Shown here: one piece after another, positions 47,856 through 56,439 of the stretch
How positions within the stretch are numbered: the first letter of the stretch is position 1
Layout of the letters: each line of letters starts with the position of its first letter
IMG/VR virus record: IMGVR_UViG_3300025280_000024
Location: 38,046 to 102,045 of that record
Reading direction: 5' to 3' (one strand)
Source: a virus
DNA length: 64,000 bases
Program-made: the position numbers and the translations under genes
The notes under the pieces: model-generated
What the model saw: only the letters and a program-made list of their open reading frames with translations
Databases searched by the model: none
What the model was told of the DNA's origin: nothing

Positions 47856-48384
47856 ATGAACCTTCCTTTTCTGCTAATAGAACGACATCTTGTATGCTGG
47901 AAGAATCCCAAATACACCCCGAAGCCACGTCCCAACCATAATACCAATCCGACTTCATTCTTCGGTTCCAGTTATAGGGGCATATTTCTATTCCTCCATA
48001 ACCTTCCTTTTGTACCAGTTCCCAATCAATCAATCGACCAAACGGTGATTGAATACCGAACCCGGCTTCAAGTTCCTCGAAACCAGCATCATCTGATATT
48101 TTAAGAATCTTACCATCTGTTTTAACCTCGTATAGATAACTTGACTCTTCAAGCCAATTCGGCATTTCGCTGCGAACCCACTTGACCCAAGCATCGCCGC
48201 AGCCATACCATAGCCCTTGTGGTTTCATCATAGGGTGTGGGGGCTTTTTCTGTTGAACGTTGCGAAACTCTGTATAAGGTGTCTTAGAAATGAATACTTT
48301 TTGTTCCGGAGTAATGTGATGCCCCCAGAGTTCTGACTGCTCCTTTATCAAGAACTTTCGCCAGTTTTCAAATATCAGCTTCAT
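47839..48384 (-). CDS. MKL-leader protein 1; Trp-rich hypothetical
   Basis: MKLIFENWRKFLIKE; KPQGLWY...WDVASGCIWD; first gene of the array. Confidence 0.7.
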   Translation of the reverse strand: MKLIFENWRKFLIKEQSELWGHHITPEQKVFISKTPYTEFRNVQQKKPPHPMMKPQGLWYGCGDAWVKWVRSEMPNWLEESSYLYEVKTDGKILKISDDAGFEELEAGFGIQSPFGRLIDWELVQKEGYGGIEICPYNWNRRMKSDWYYGWDVASGCIWDSSSIQDVVLLAEKEGSYEADI

Positions 48385-48404
48385 CCAGATACACTACTCC
48401 CTTG

Positions 48405-48414
48405 TATAAATAGT
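48405..48414 (-). promoter_or_regulatory. putative late promoter motif ACTATTTATA heading the MKL array
   Basis: The same motif precedes the sheath, tube, neck, scaffold and bS21 genes. Confidence 0.65.
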
Positions 48415-48436
48415 TATGTTTTTTAGTTGTGGGAGT

Positions 48437-48862
48437 TTAAAAAGAAAGAAGGGACTTTTTGATTACGGCTAGTTCATCTGGTTGAAGTGTTGTGTCCCAT
48501 TCTCCTATCCTATCTATATCGACCCAGGTAAAACCTGTGTGTTCATGACTCAGTTTAACCTGTTCGCCAGAAAACTTATCTGTGGTATAAAAATATACCA
48601 TTCCATAGCTGTGATTGGTTTTTTGTATCAGTGGTGTTAAATCATCTGGATCTACTTTCAATCCGGTTTCTTCGAAAGTTTCTCTAGCAGCTGCTTGTTC
48701 TGGAGTTTCGCCTTTCTCAACGTGGCCACCAGGAGGACCCCACGTTTCTGGCTTCCAGCTGGATTCCCTGCTTCTCAATAGAATAAGAATCTTGCCATCT
48801 TTGACAAGAATGACGTTTGCACCTTTTTTAATTTCTGACATATCGATCCTTATTTTGATCAT
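48437..48862 (-). CDS. NUDIX hydrolase
   Basis: PGGHVEKGETPEQAAARETFEETGL Nudix box. Confidence 0.93.
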   Translation of the reverse strand: MIKIRIDMSEIKKGANVILVKDGKILILLRSRESSWKPETWGPPGGHVEKGETPEQAAARETFEETGLKVDPDDLTPLIQKTNHSYGMVYFYTTDKFSGEQVKLSHEHTGFTWVDIDRIGEWDTTLQPDELAVIKKSLLSF

Positions 48863-49305
48863 CTGATTTCGCTAATTGCAAATGCGATACCAATTGTCGT
48901 CGCAACGCCAATAATAACACCGCCAGCAAACCACCAACTACTATAATCTCCATCGTCTGCCTCCAAAGCTATTTCTGTAAGTCTCTCGATCTCGTCATCT
49001 TTGATTTCCATTATGGAATTATATCGTTCTTGTAGTGCCTGCAGGCTCGCAACGGTGGAATCAAGCGATAAGCTGCACATCGCCTGTTGTCGGTCTTCTG
49101 CGTATTGAATGCGAAGTTCACACTCTATTTGATTTGCTTCTTGTTCAGCGAGCATCTGTGCGACTGCTGCTGGATTTAGGAGGGTTCCTGTGAATGGTGC
49201 CGGCTCTCCCTCTCTAATGTCTGTTATGACTGGCTCTTCGTCTTGTGCCCAGACAAGGGGTTGGAAGGCCATCAAACAGATAAGGAAGGGAATTAGTAGT
49301 CTCAT
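48859..49305 (-). CDS. exported/membrane protein, possibly a spanin-like lysis component
   Basis: N-terminal signal peptide, coiled coil, C-terminal TM segment. Confidence 0.45.
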   Translation of the reverse strand: MRLLIPFLICLMAFQPLVWAQDEEPVITDIREGEPAPFTGTLLNPAAVAQMLAEQEANQIECELRIQYAEDRQQAMCSLSLDSTVASLQALQERYNSIMEIKDDEIERLTEIALEADDGDYSSWWFAGGVIIGVATTIGIAFAISEIR

Positions 49306-49704
49306 TTATTGACCTAGTTCTTGCTGCAGCAGTTCTTGTGAATATAAATTGGTCAATCGTCCCTCTGCTTTTTTAAGCTCCAATCTTTGAAAAATTCCTT
49401 GCAATTTCTTAATACTATCAGGAAATCTCAGGTTAAAATCAACTTCAAATTCTTCAAGTGCTTGATCAAAATCACCAGAATTAAAATTATCTGCAGATAG
49501 TAGTTTGATAATTTTATCAAAATATGCTAATTCCAGTCGTCTTCGCCAGGCTGATGGTGCTGTTCCTGCAGCCTTAATTGCATCCACTAGTTTTTGTCGT
49601 GATCGAGAGCGCGTGTCATAGTTCACCTCGGTCAGATCCGGATCAAATATTTTCTCAAGTTCTTCTTTGATAATCTGTTTTAGTTGTGTTTTTGTGATCT
49701 TCAT
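49306..49704 (-). CDS. MKITK-leader family protein
   Basis: Starts MKITKTQLKQIIKEEL. Confidence 0.7.
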   Translation of the reverse strand: MKITKTQLKQIIKEELEKIFDPDLTEVNYDTRSRSRQKLVDAIKAAGTAPSAWRRRLELAYFDKIIKLLSADNFNSGDFDQALEEFEVDFNLRFPDSIKKLQGIFQRLELKKAEGRLTNLYSQELLQQELGQ

Positions 49705-50117
49705 TGTTCATCCCTAGGAACATATTGGATCCCAAACGCATCTCCCAAAGCTCTTGATAGTGCTTCGGGATTGTCGTGATTTTCCTCAATAAGTTCCTTT
49801 ATTCTTTTCTCTTTTCTTCGATCAACTTCTTGTAAATCGCTTTCTAACTGCTCATCAAGTTGTCCCATAACTTCCTGATGGATACGAATAATCTCATCTC
49901 GCCTGGCAATTTCGCCGGCGTGAGATTCATTGAGAACACCGATTTGTTCTTTATAGGATTCAGATCGAGTTTTCAATAATTTGGTGGCTACGTCCGATTT
50001 CCTGGCAAGGAAAACGGCCAGAACAAAAGCAACGATGACGAGGAGAGGCACATACCAGTGATGCTTGATCCAAGTCCAAGCTTTCTGTAGAAAGTGTTTA
50101 GTTGCCAACCAAGTCAT
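49701..50117 (-). CDS. membrane-anchored coiled-coil protein (i-spanin-like); likely start MTWLATK
   Basis: One N-terminal TM segment then coiled coil; GGAG upstream of 50117. Confidence 0.45.
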   Translation of the reverse strand: MTWLATKHFLQKAWTWIKHHWYVPLLVIVAFVLAVFLARKSDVATKLLKTRSESYKEQIGVLNESHAGEIARRDEIIRIHQEVMGQLDEQLESDLQEVDRRKEKRIKELIEENHDNPEALSRALGDAFGIQYVPRDEQ

Positions 50118-50186
50118 TTCTTCATCTCCTTTTGATAAATTAGCATAGCGGCCCATCCAAATAAGTACAGGATCTTCATACATGTC

Positions 50187-50381
50187 TCAATTAGGGCCGT
50201 GCTTCCATGCTACTGCTGCGTCAATAAATCCTTGTAGACCAACATATCCAAGTGAAATGCTTGCCCATATATCGGCTGTGATAAGCTCACCTAGGAGAAA
50301 CGCCGAAGCCGTAACCCAAACCAACAGTTTACGACTGATAATTTTATTCAGTCCTTTGTCTAATACTTGTCTCATACTCAT
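50187..50381 (-). CDS. putative holin
   Basis: 64 aa, SRKLLV followed by two hydrophobic segments; GGAGG SD. Confidence 0.5.
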   Translation of the reverse strand: MSMRQVLDKGLNKIISRKLLVWVTASAFLLGELITADIWASISLGYVGLQGFIDAAVAWKHGPN

Positions 50382-50442
50382 AATCCCTCCTTAATAAAGT
50401 TGTGGATTTTCGTCCATCTCTGCTTGTAAAGCACCAAGCAAC

Positions 50443-50694
50443 TCACTCAAAAATGGTTTGATCAAAAAAAAGAGCGCGTGGATCCATCAAGGCATCTGCC
50501 AAATAAGCTTCGGGTTTTGATCCCAGGTCAAGTTCCCGATCAAGAACCGTATATACAAAATCGTCAAGAGGGTTCCCCGAGTCGAGGCCCAGGGCAGCGG
50601 CCTCTGCTCGTTCCATGGAACGGGCAGAGGCATCAAGCGAGCCCCCAAGCTCTTCCTTAATGATCTGTTTTAGTTGTGTTTTTGTGATCTTCAT
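50443..50694 (-). CDS. MKITK-leader family protein (may extend to 50391 via the T8 run)
   Basis: Starts MKITKTQLKQIIKEEL. Confidence 0.6.
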   Translation of the reverse strand: MKITKTQLKQIIKEELGGSLDASARSMERAEAAALGLDSGNPLDDFVYTVLDRELDLGSKPEAYLADALMDPRALFFDQTIFE

Positions 50695-50697
50695 TGT

Positions 50698-51297
50698 TCA
50701 TCTCTTTCGCCTCGCGAGTCTTGTTGTTTCGGGATCAAGAACGACCTTCCTTGCTGGTCCTCGCAGGTGAGGAGATACCAAATCAGGAATATTCTGAAGA
50801 AGTTCCTCTACGTGTATTCGCAGTTTTTCGCCAGCTAGTTTGCGTCTGTCGCGGATTGCTTTATATTCTGGACCTCTTTTGCCTTTGATTCTTTCAACTT
50901 CTAGCACTAGTCTATGATACTCATTGACCAGCTCCTCCAACTGATAATCGTTTGCGAGAAGATCGCGGATTTCTTCTCTAGCCTCTCCGCGGACCTGGCG
51001 CGCGTTCTCCCTTGCCTTCCTTGCCAACGCCTTGCCCAACTTACGGTCTATAGTTTTAAAAAGCTTCCAGGTTTTTCGGCCCAGGGTGACGCCTCCATAA
51101 GCACCCAAAATACCGAGAGCAGTTCCCAGCGCGATGGTGCCAATACCAACAGCTTCTTCCAATCCGGGCGGAAACCATTCATCTTCCAGTTCATCTTCTT
51201 CGCCCATTATTGCTTCAAGCTCTTCCTCGTCTTCGCGGATTACTTTTCCAAGCTCTTCCTTAATAATCTGTTTTAGTTGTGTCTTTGTGATCTTCAT
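50698..51297 (-). CDS. MKITK-leader family protein with one hydrophobic segment
   Basis: Starts MKITKTQLKQIIKEELGKVIREDEEEL. Confidence 0.7.
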   Translation of the reverse strand: MKITKTQLKQIIKEELGKVIREDEEELEAIMGEEDELEDEWFPPGLEEAVGIGTIALGTALGILGAYGGVTLGRKTWKLFKTIDRKLGKALARKARENARQVRGEAREEIRDLLANDYQLEELVNEYHRLVLEVERIKGKRGPEYKAIRDRRKLAGEKLRIHVEELLQNIPDLVSPHLRGPARKVVLDPETTRLARRKR

Positions 51298-51617
51298 TTT
51301 AGCTTCTCCTTAATGGGGTCTCATCATATTATCAATAACTATCTTCATTTGTTCTTTGGCGCCATATATACCACGGTTACGAAGATTTGCTGTTTCTCTG
51401 TGCATATGCTTTACCAGAGCGTCGTGGTTGTCAATGTTGAAAGATGCTGCCGCCTGAACCACTCGGGCTGGATCATAGGATAATTCAAGAAAGTTGAGAA
51501 GATCGACGACCGATTTTTCAAATCCGCCTCCAAGCTCTTCCTCGTCTTCGCGGATTACTTTTCCAAGCTCTTCCTTAATAATCTGTTTTAGTTGTGTCTT
51601 TGTGATCTTCATTTTAG
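51216..51617. repeat. 87-bp identical direct repeat (51216-51302 and 51531-51617)
   Basis: Covers the start and first 27 codons of two adjacent genes with unrelated downstream parts. Confidence 0.9.
51310..51612 (-). CDS. MKITK-leader family protein
   Basis: Starts MKITKTQLKQIIKEELGKVIREDEEEL. Confidence 0.7.
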   Translation of the reverse strand: MKITKTQLKQIIKEELGKVIREDEEELGGGFEKSVVDLLNFLELSYDPARVVQAAASFNIDNHDALVKHMHRETANLRNRGIYGAKEQMKIVIDNMMRPH

Positions 51618-51651
51618 TTTCCTCCTTATAAAAGATGCATCTGTAAATAGT

Positions 51652-54600
51652 CTACTGATTTACAAATGCAAACCCTTTTCTTTTCTCAATCGTTATTTGT
51701 TGATCGACGCAATCTTTGAGAGAATCCAAGTGAGAAATAAGGATAACTGTTTTGAAGTAAGATTTGATGAGATCGAGGATCTGAATGAAGTTTTCCATAT
51801 TCTCTTCGTCAAGTTCTGTGCCTGGTTCATCAAGGATGAAAATGTCTGATTTTGGCAGTGACGAAACAGTCAGCAGCGCCAATCTGATAGCAATCGCAGC
51901 GATTGACTTTTCGCTTCCGCTGCCCATCGCGATTGGTCGCGGATCAAATCTTGGATGTTTGATGAAGATATTGAGCTTATTTCCATCATTCTCGAAATAT
52001 ACCTCAAACTCGACAATGTTCGCAAGGATCTTTGCAATCTCGTTGTTGATTACTGGAAGTCTCTTCTTGATAATGTCGTAGGCAATCCCGTTGCTGTGTG
52101 TACACCGCAGAAACAAATCATATGCTGCGTATTCTTCACGAATGTCGTGGAGTTCCTGCTTCTGTTCTCTTGTGGAAGTGAGCTTTTGATCCAGAGATCC
52201 ATGAAGTTTGTAGAGTTCCAGAATTTCTTTCTCGCAGATTTCCAATTGTTCCTCTGATTCTTGAACTAGATTGTTTCCCTGCTCTTTCTCTGCGATTAGT
52301 TCTTCGAGATTCTCAATTGCTTCTTTGTTGTTTTCATATTCCTCAATCTTTTCTTCATAAGAACCAATACTCTCTTCCAGCTTTGAGATCTCCTGCTTTC
52401 TCTTTTCTAATGAAAGCTCTGTTGTGATAATCTGATTCTTTATTTCATCTCTTTCTGTTCCCAGTTGATTGTATTTGTTTATGTAATCCTGAATCTGTAT
52501 GGGATCTATTTCTTCGATCAAAGATTCTGTCTTGGTCTTCTTGGACAAAAAAGTCTCCACTTGTTCGTGAATGTCATCCTTTTTGTTCACAGCCTTATAA
52601 GCATCTTTGATGAACTTGCAGTGACTATATTCTGAACCACACGGAACCTCTTTGAGAAGACGAGACTTGCTTTGAATGTCTTTCTGTTCTCGCTCAACAA
52701 TCTCCAGCTTGTTTGTTACTTCATCCAATTCTTCCATCAACACTTGGAATTCTTCTTCTTTCTCATTATACAAACCAATATCATATCCATCAAGAAATTT
52801 CCCAACTTCAACCAGCACTTCCTCTTTGTTGGATAAATCTTTGGCTTCTTGTTCTTGAGTGGAAAAGAGTTCCCTGTATTCTCGCTCAACTTTCTTTAAA
52901 GATTTGTTCGTGCCGGCAATATCAATGATTTCTGCTGGAATTGTGCCTATTGTTTCCTCGACTTCTTGAACACTTGATTGAAGGGCGATAATATCATCTT
53001 TGATCTGTTCACATTCTTGTTCTTTGTTTTTGGTTATTAGTTCGTTGCCGGCAAGGTTTTGTCTTGCCTCTTCTATTTCTTCGTCAAACTCTTTGCCTTC
53101 AAGTCGCTTGAGTGCTCCTCGCAGATCTGTTGCGTCTTCCTTGGCGAGCTTGAATTTCTTATCAAAAATATGAAGATCAAGAAACTTCGCCAAGATTTCC
53201 TTTCGTCTCGTTGAACCTTCATTGATGAACTGCAAAGATTCTAACTGCGAAGACATAGAAGTCAACAAGAAATCTTCTAATGATCCAAAAACACGACGAA
53301 TATTCTTATCCGTATCGTTTCTTGTGAGACCATTGAGAGATGTAGTTTCTCCTGAATTCTTGTTATATTTGAGGAAATCTACATTTGTTCTCGCCTCTGT
53401 TGTCACAGCGCCTTTAAGTTTCTTGGTATACTTTTCCAGATCTCGCTGAATTATGTAAGTATTGCCGGCAATCTCAATCTCTACGAGACCACTTGCTGCA
53501 TTTTTGTTTTGATTAATGACATTAACATTTTTCCGCTCATTCTTAGAAGTTGAGTTGAAAAGTGTAAAAAGCAGTGAATCAACGACAGAACTTTTTCCAG
53601 AATAGTTTTTACCAAAAATTCCAACAGTTCCACGTAAATCGTCAAAATCGATAACATTGTCTTCTCCATAGTTAAAAAGGTTGTTCCAAGAAAGCTTCTT
53701 CAATTTCCAGTTGATATTTCTGGAAACATCTTCATCTTGCTCGGCTAAAGTGTTATATTTTTCATTTAATTTGAAAACTTTTTTGAGTAGCTCATCGTTT
53801 ATCTCATAGTCCCTAAGATACTCTTCGATCAGTTCTTCCTGAACTTCGAGATCACGAAGATCTTCTGTCTCCAAAGAAGCAGCCAAACCTTCGTCAATAT
53901 TACCTTTTATGCCTCTTGCTCTATTTAAAAACGAAATAGATTCTGGTTTAAAGCGAGATTTCGCAACATCGACTGCTTTGCGCAGCCTGTCGAGAGATAA
54001 ATTATTGTTTGAAACAAGACGAAGGCGGGCACCATCAGGAACTCGTGTTCCCCGGGGCATCCTGCCTTTTGGTGTGAGTACGATAGTGATGAAGGGCTTT
54101 GGATTAGTTAGACGAATGTGCCGGCAAGAATATTCATTTTTATCTTCAATATCCCATAATAAATATCCTTTATCATTTGACTCACCAAAGTTCTGCTGAA
54201 TCATCGAACCTGGATATCTCACTTTGCCGTCATCATCTATGGCTTGATTTGTTTTGTGAATATCTCCAAGAAAAATGTAATCATGACCCTCAAAACATTC
54301 CAGTGGATCATCGTTGTGACTGATTACCCACCCAACATCTGTTTTGGATCCGGCCAAAGCCCCGTGATATAAAGCAATATTGATGGCTTCTGGATCAATT
54401 GGTGCCGACCAGTTTTTCTTATCAAAAATAGAGATTACATTGACCTTCACGGAGAGGCCACTAGCTTCGCCTATAACGGCCTCCTGCGATCTCTTGAGGT
54501 AGTGTAGGTTTGGGTGTGATAAAGCTCTTGCGATTGGCGTTATTGCGTCTTGGCGAGAACTATTTTTGAGGTTTCCGTCGTGGTTTCCTGGAATCAAATA

Positions 54601-54819
54601 TAAAGGTGCTATGTCTGCTAAGTTTTTGAGAAACCCTGCGGCCATTTCGACTGCTTCTGGACTTAGATTTGTTTTATTGTGGAATAGATCTCCACAATGA
54701 ACAATGCAATCCACCTTTTCTTCTTTCAAAGTAGCATATAATTGTTTAAATATCACTCCATATTCGTAGTGATATTTTTTGAGCCGAATATGCGTGTCGG
54801 CCAAATGTGCTATTTTCAT
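51652..54819 (-). CDS. fused Mre11/SbcD nuclease - Rad50/SbcC ATPase (gp47-gp46-like)
   Basis: ADTH, GDLFH, PGNHD, LGDIH; then GKNYSGKSS (Walker A), coiled coil with a Cys pair, GSGSEK signature, LDEP, ISH. Confidence 0.92.
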   Translation of the reverse strand: MKIAHLADTHIRLKKYHYEYGVIFKQLYATLKEEKVDCIVHCGDLFHNKTNLSPEAVEMAAGFLKNLADIAPLYLIPGNHDGNLKNSSRQDAITPIARALSHPNLHYLKRSQEAVIGEASGLSVKVNVISIFDKKNWSAPIDPEAINIALYHGALAGSKTDVGWVISHNDDPLECFEGHDYIFLGDIHKTNQAIDDDGKVRYPGSMIQQNFGESNDKGYLLWDIEDKNEYSCRHIRLTNPKPFITIVLTPKGRMPRGTRVPDGARLRLVSNNNLSLDRLRKAVDVAKSRFKPESISFLNRARGIKGNIDEGLAASLETEDLRDLEVQEELIEEYLRDYEINDELLKKVFKLNEKYNTLAEQDEDVSRNINWKLKKLSWNNLFNYGEDNVIDFDDLRGTVGIFGKNYSGKSSVVDSLLFTLFNSTSKNERKNVNVINQNKNAASGLVEIEIAGNTYIIQRDLEKYTKKLKGAVTTEARTNVDFLKYNKNSGETTSLNGLTRNDTDKNIRRVFGSLEDFLLTSMSSQLESLQFINEGSTRRKEILAKFLDLHIFDKKFKLAKEDATDLRGALKRLEGKEFDEEIEEARQNLAGNELITKNKEQECEQIKDDIIALQSSVQEVEETIGTIPAEIIDIAGTNKSLKKVEREYRELFSTQEQEAKDLSNKEEVLVEVGKFLDGYDIGLYNEKEEEFQVLMEELDEVTNKLEIVEREQKDIQSKSRLLKEVPCGSEYSHCKFIKDAYKAVNKKDDIHEQVETFLSKKTKTESLIEEIDPIQIQDYINKYNQLGTERDEIKNQIITTELSLEKRKQEISKLEESIGSYEEKIEEYENNKEAIENLEELIAEKEQGNNLVQESEEQLEICEKEILELYKLHGSLDQKLTSTREQKQELHDIREEYAAYDLFLRCTHSNGIAYDIIKKRLPVINNEIAKILANIVEFEVYFENDGNKLNIFIKHPRFDPRPIAMGSGSEKSIAAIAIRLALLTVSSLPKSDIFILDEPGTELDEENMENFIQILDLIKSYFKTVILISHLDSLKDCVDQQITIEKRKGFAFVNQ

Positions 54820-54849
54820 CTATACCTGTTCAATAATACTACAGTATAT

Positions 54850-54878
54850 ATTATATTCTATATGTCTCGAAAGATCAA
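54850..54878 (-). promoter_or_regulatory. sigma70-like promoter upstream of the sbcD-sbcC fusion
   Basis: Minus strand TTGATC-17 nt-TATAAT. Confidence 0.6.
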
Positions 54879-55120
54879 GACTTTTTTTGTTTTTTTTGTA
54901 AATATTCGCGGAGTTGTCGAAGTTTTTCTTTCTTTTCTTTTCGCTTTTGCGCCGGCGAATTGTTGTGAGCGTCCAATAGTCGTTCTGCAGTTTCTAACAA
55001 TAGTTTTTCGACTTTATGGCGAGTGCTCTCCCATTCCCATCGGGACGTAGGAAACAGTATTGTTGCGAAAATTCTGGCAGCCATTCTAGCTGCTTTATGT
55101 TTCCTGTCGTTTGGAGGCAT
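54875..55120 (-). CDS. small basic hypothetical protein
   Basis: 81-aa co-oriented ORF; no clear SD. Confidence 0.4.
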   Translation of the reverse strand: MPPNDRKHKAARMAARIFATILFPTSRWEWESTRHKVEKLLLETAERLLDAHNNSPAQKRKEKKEKLRQLREYLQKKQKKS

Positions 55121-55173
55121 GTTTGAAACATTTTGCTACCGGTAGTGTCGGGGGCCCAACCTAATAAAGTGTT

Positions 55174-55500
55174 TCATCCTTCAGAATCGATGGCGCGCGC
55201 CGCGTCGTAGGCCCAATTGAGATCAGCGATCTCTGCGTCGTGTTCTTCACTACTTTTGGGGATATTCGCTTGGAAAATCTTTTTTGTTTCTTCCGGTCCT
55301 AGTTCTTTTGCAGCTGCCTTCACTTGTTCTGCAAACTCGGCCGCACTTGGCGCGCCTGGGTCGACCTCTCGAAACCGAGTGAGACCGCTCTCTGGGCTAG
55401 CAGAACCAGGCACCAGACTAGTACCAGGCTCCCATTCTTGAAGAGTTGTTGCAATTTCTTCCTTGATGATCTGCTTGAGTTGTGTTTTTGTTAGTTTCAT
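55174..55500 (-). CDS. MKITK-leader family protein
   Basis: Starts MKLTKTQLKQIIKEEI; ACTATTTATT motif at 55535-55544. Confidence 0.7.
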   Translation of the reverse strand: MKLTKTQLKQIIKEEIATTLQEWEPGTSLVPGSASPESGLTRFREVDPGAPSAAEFAEQVKAAAKELGPEETKKIFQANIPKSSEEHDAEIADLNWAYDAARAIDSEG

Positions 55501-55512
55501 TCTTTATCTCCT

Positions 55513-56439
55513 TCATGAACTCAAAGTTCGATACAATAAATAGTTATCTGAATTTATAAGGGTTGCTTTTTTCTTTAAATCCAAAAAGTCAGACTTTGTC
55601 ATGGCGCCGACATCTTCATATGACGCTGTGTCAACTTTAAAAACCTCGATACCATATTGCAATAGTTTCTCAATCAATCTGTTTTCTTTTTTCTTTGCAT
55701 CGCGATCAAGTGCAATATATACTGGTGTTTGATGTTTTACAATCTCGCCAAATAATACAGAGTTCTCACTCAAATTTGAACCAAGAATGGGAATAGAGTT
55801 ATCGCCGGCAACAATTGCATCAAATATTCCCTCAACAATTGTCACAGGTTCTTCCCAATCAATTATCAAGTGATTAAACACAATGTCTTTGTTTGCCGAC
55901 GGATTGAGATATTTTCTCCAACTATTATCATAAGCTCTCGCAACAAAATAGTTCACATATCCGCTCAAACCAAACGAAGGAACGATTACACGTTTTGCAT
56001 ATTGACCGTTGGCACAATATCCAATCTTCCATTTAAGAATATCAGACTTTGTGATATCCCTTTTTTGCAAATATCTTATTGGAATGCCGGCAACCAAAGA
56101 TAAGTTTTTGCCGGCAAGAGGCACAAATTCTGCCGGCAACTTAATGATCTGCTCTTCTGGCTCTTCTTTAGCCGAGAACAAATCATCAAATTCTGTTATA
56201 TCAACACGTCCAGTTAGCTCATTCCATGCATGAAGTTGTTCCAAAGTTCCAAACTTCTTAATCAACCGGGCAATCCACCCTTTGCGATCACAAACCCAAC
56301 ATTTGTAATAACCTTTCTTTATATTAACACTTAGCTTTCTCTTGTGATGATTGCAAAAAGAGCAATGAAAAAGATATTCGTTGCCCGTGTGATAACAAGA
56401 ACCTAATACGTTCTTTAAAATTGTAAGCTTTTTTTCCAC
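55513..56439 (-). CDS. DNA primase (Zn finger + TOPRIM)
   Basis: CSFCNH...CWVC; IVEGIFD, LG, ALDRDA, DVG. Confidence 0.88.
   Translation of the reverse strand: MEKKLTILKNVLGSCYHTGNEYLFHCSFCNHHKRKLSVNIKKGYYKCWVCDRKGWIARLIKKFGTLEQLHAWNELTGRVDITEFDDLFSAKEEPEEQIIKLPAEFVPLAGKNLSLVAGIPIRYLQKRDITKSDILKWKIGYCANGQYAKRVIVPSFGLSGYVNYFVARAYDNSWRKYLNPSANKDIVFNHLIIDWEEPVTIVEGIFDAIVAGDNSIPILGSNLSENSVLFGEIVKHQTPVYIALDRDAKKKENRLIEKLLQYGIEVFKVDTASYEDVGAMTKSDFLDLKKKATLINSDNYLLYRTLSS

Noticed and set aside
33920-48384. Classical integron with attC sites
   Set aside because: No integrase, and essentially no intergenic space for attC hairpins; the repeat is coding.
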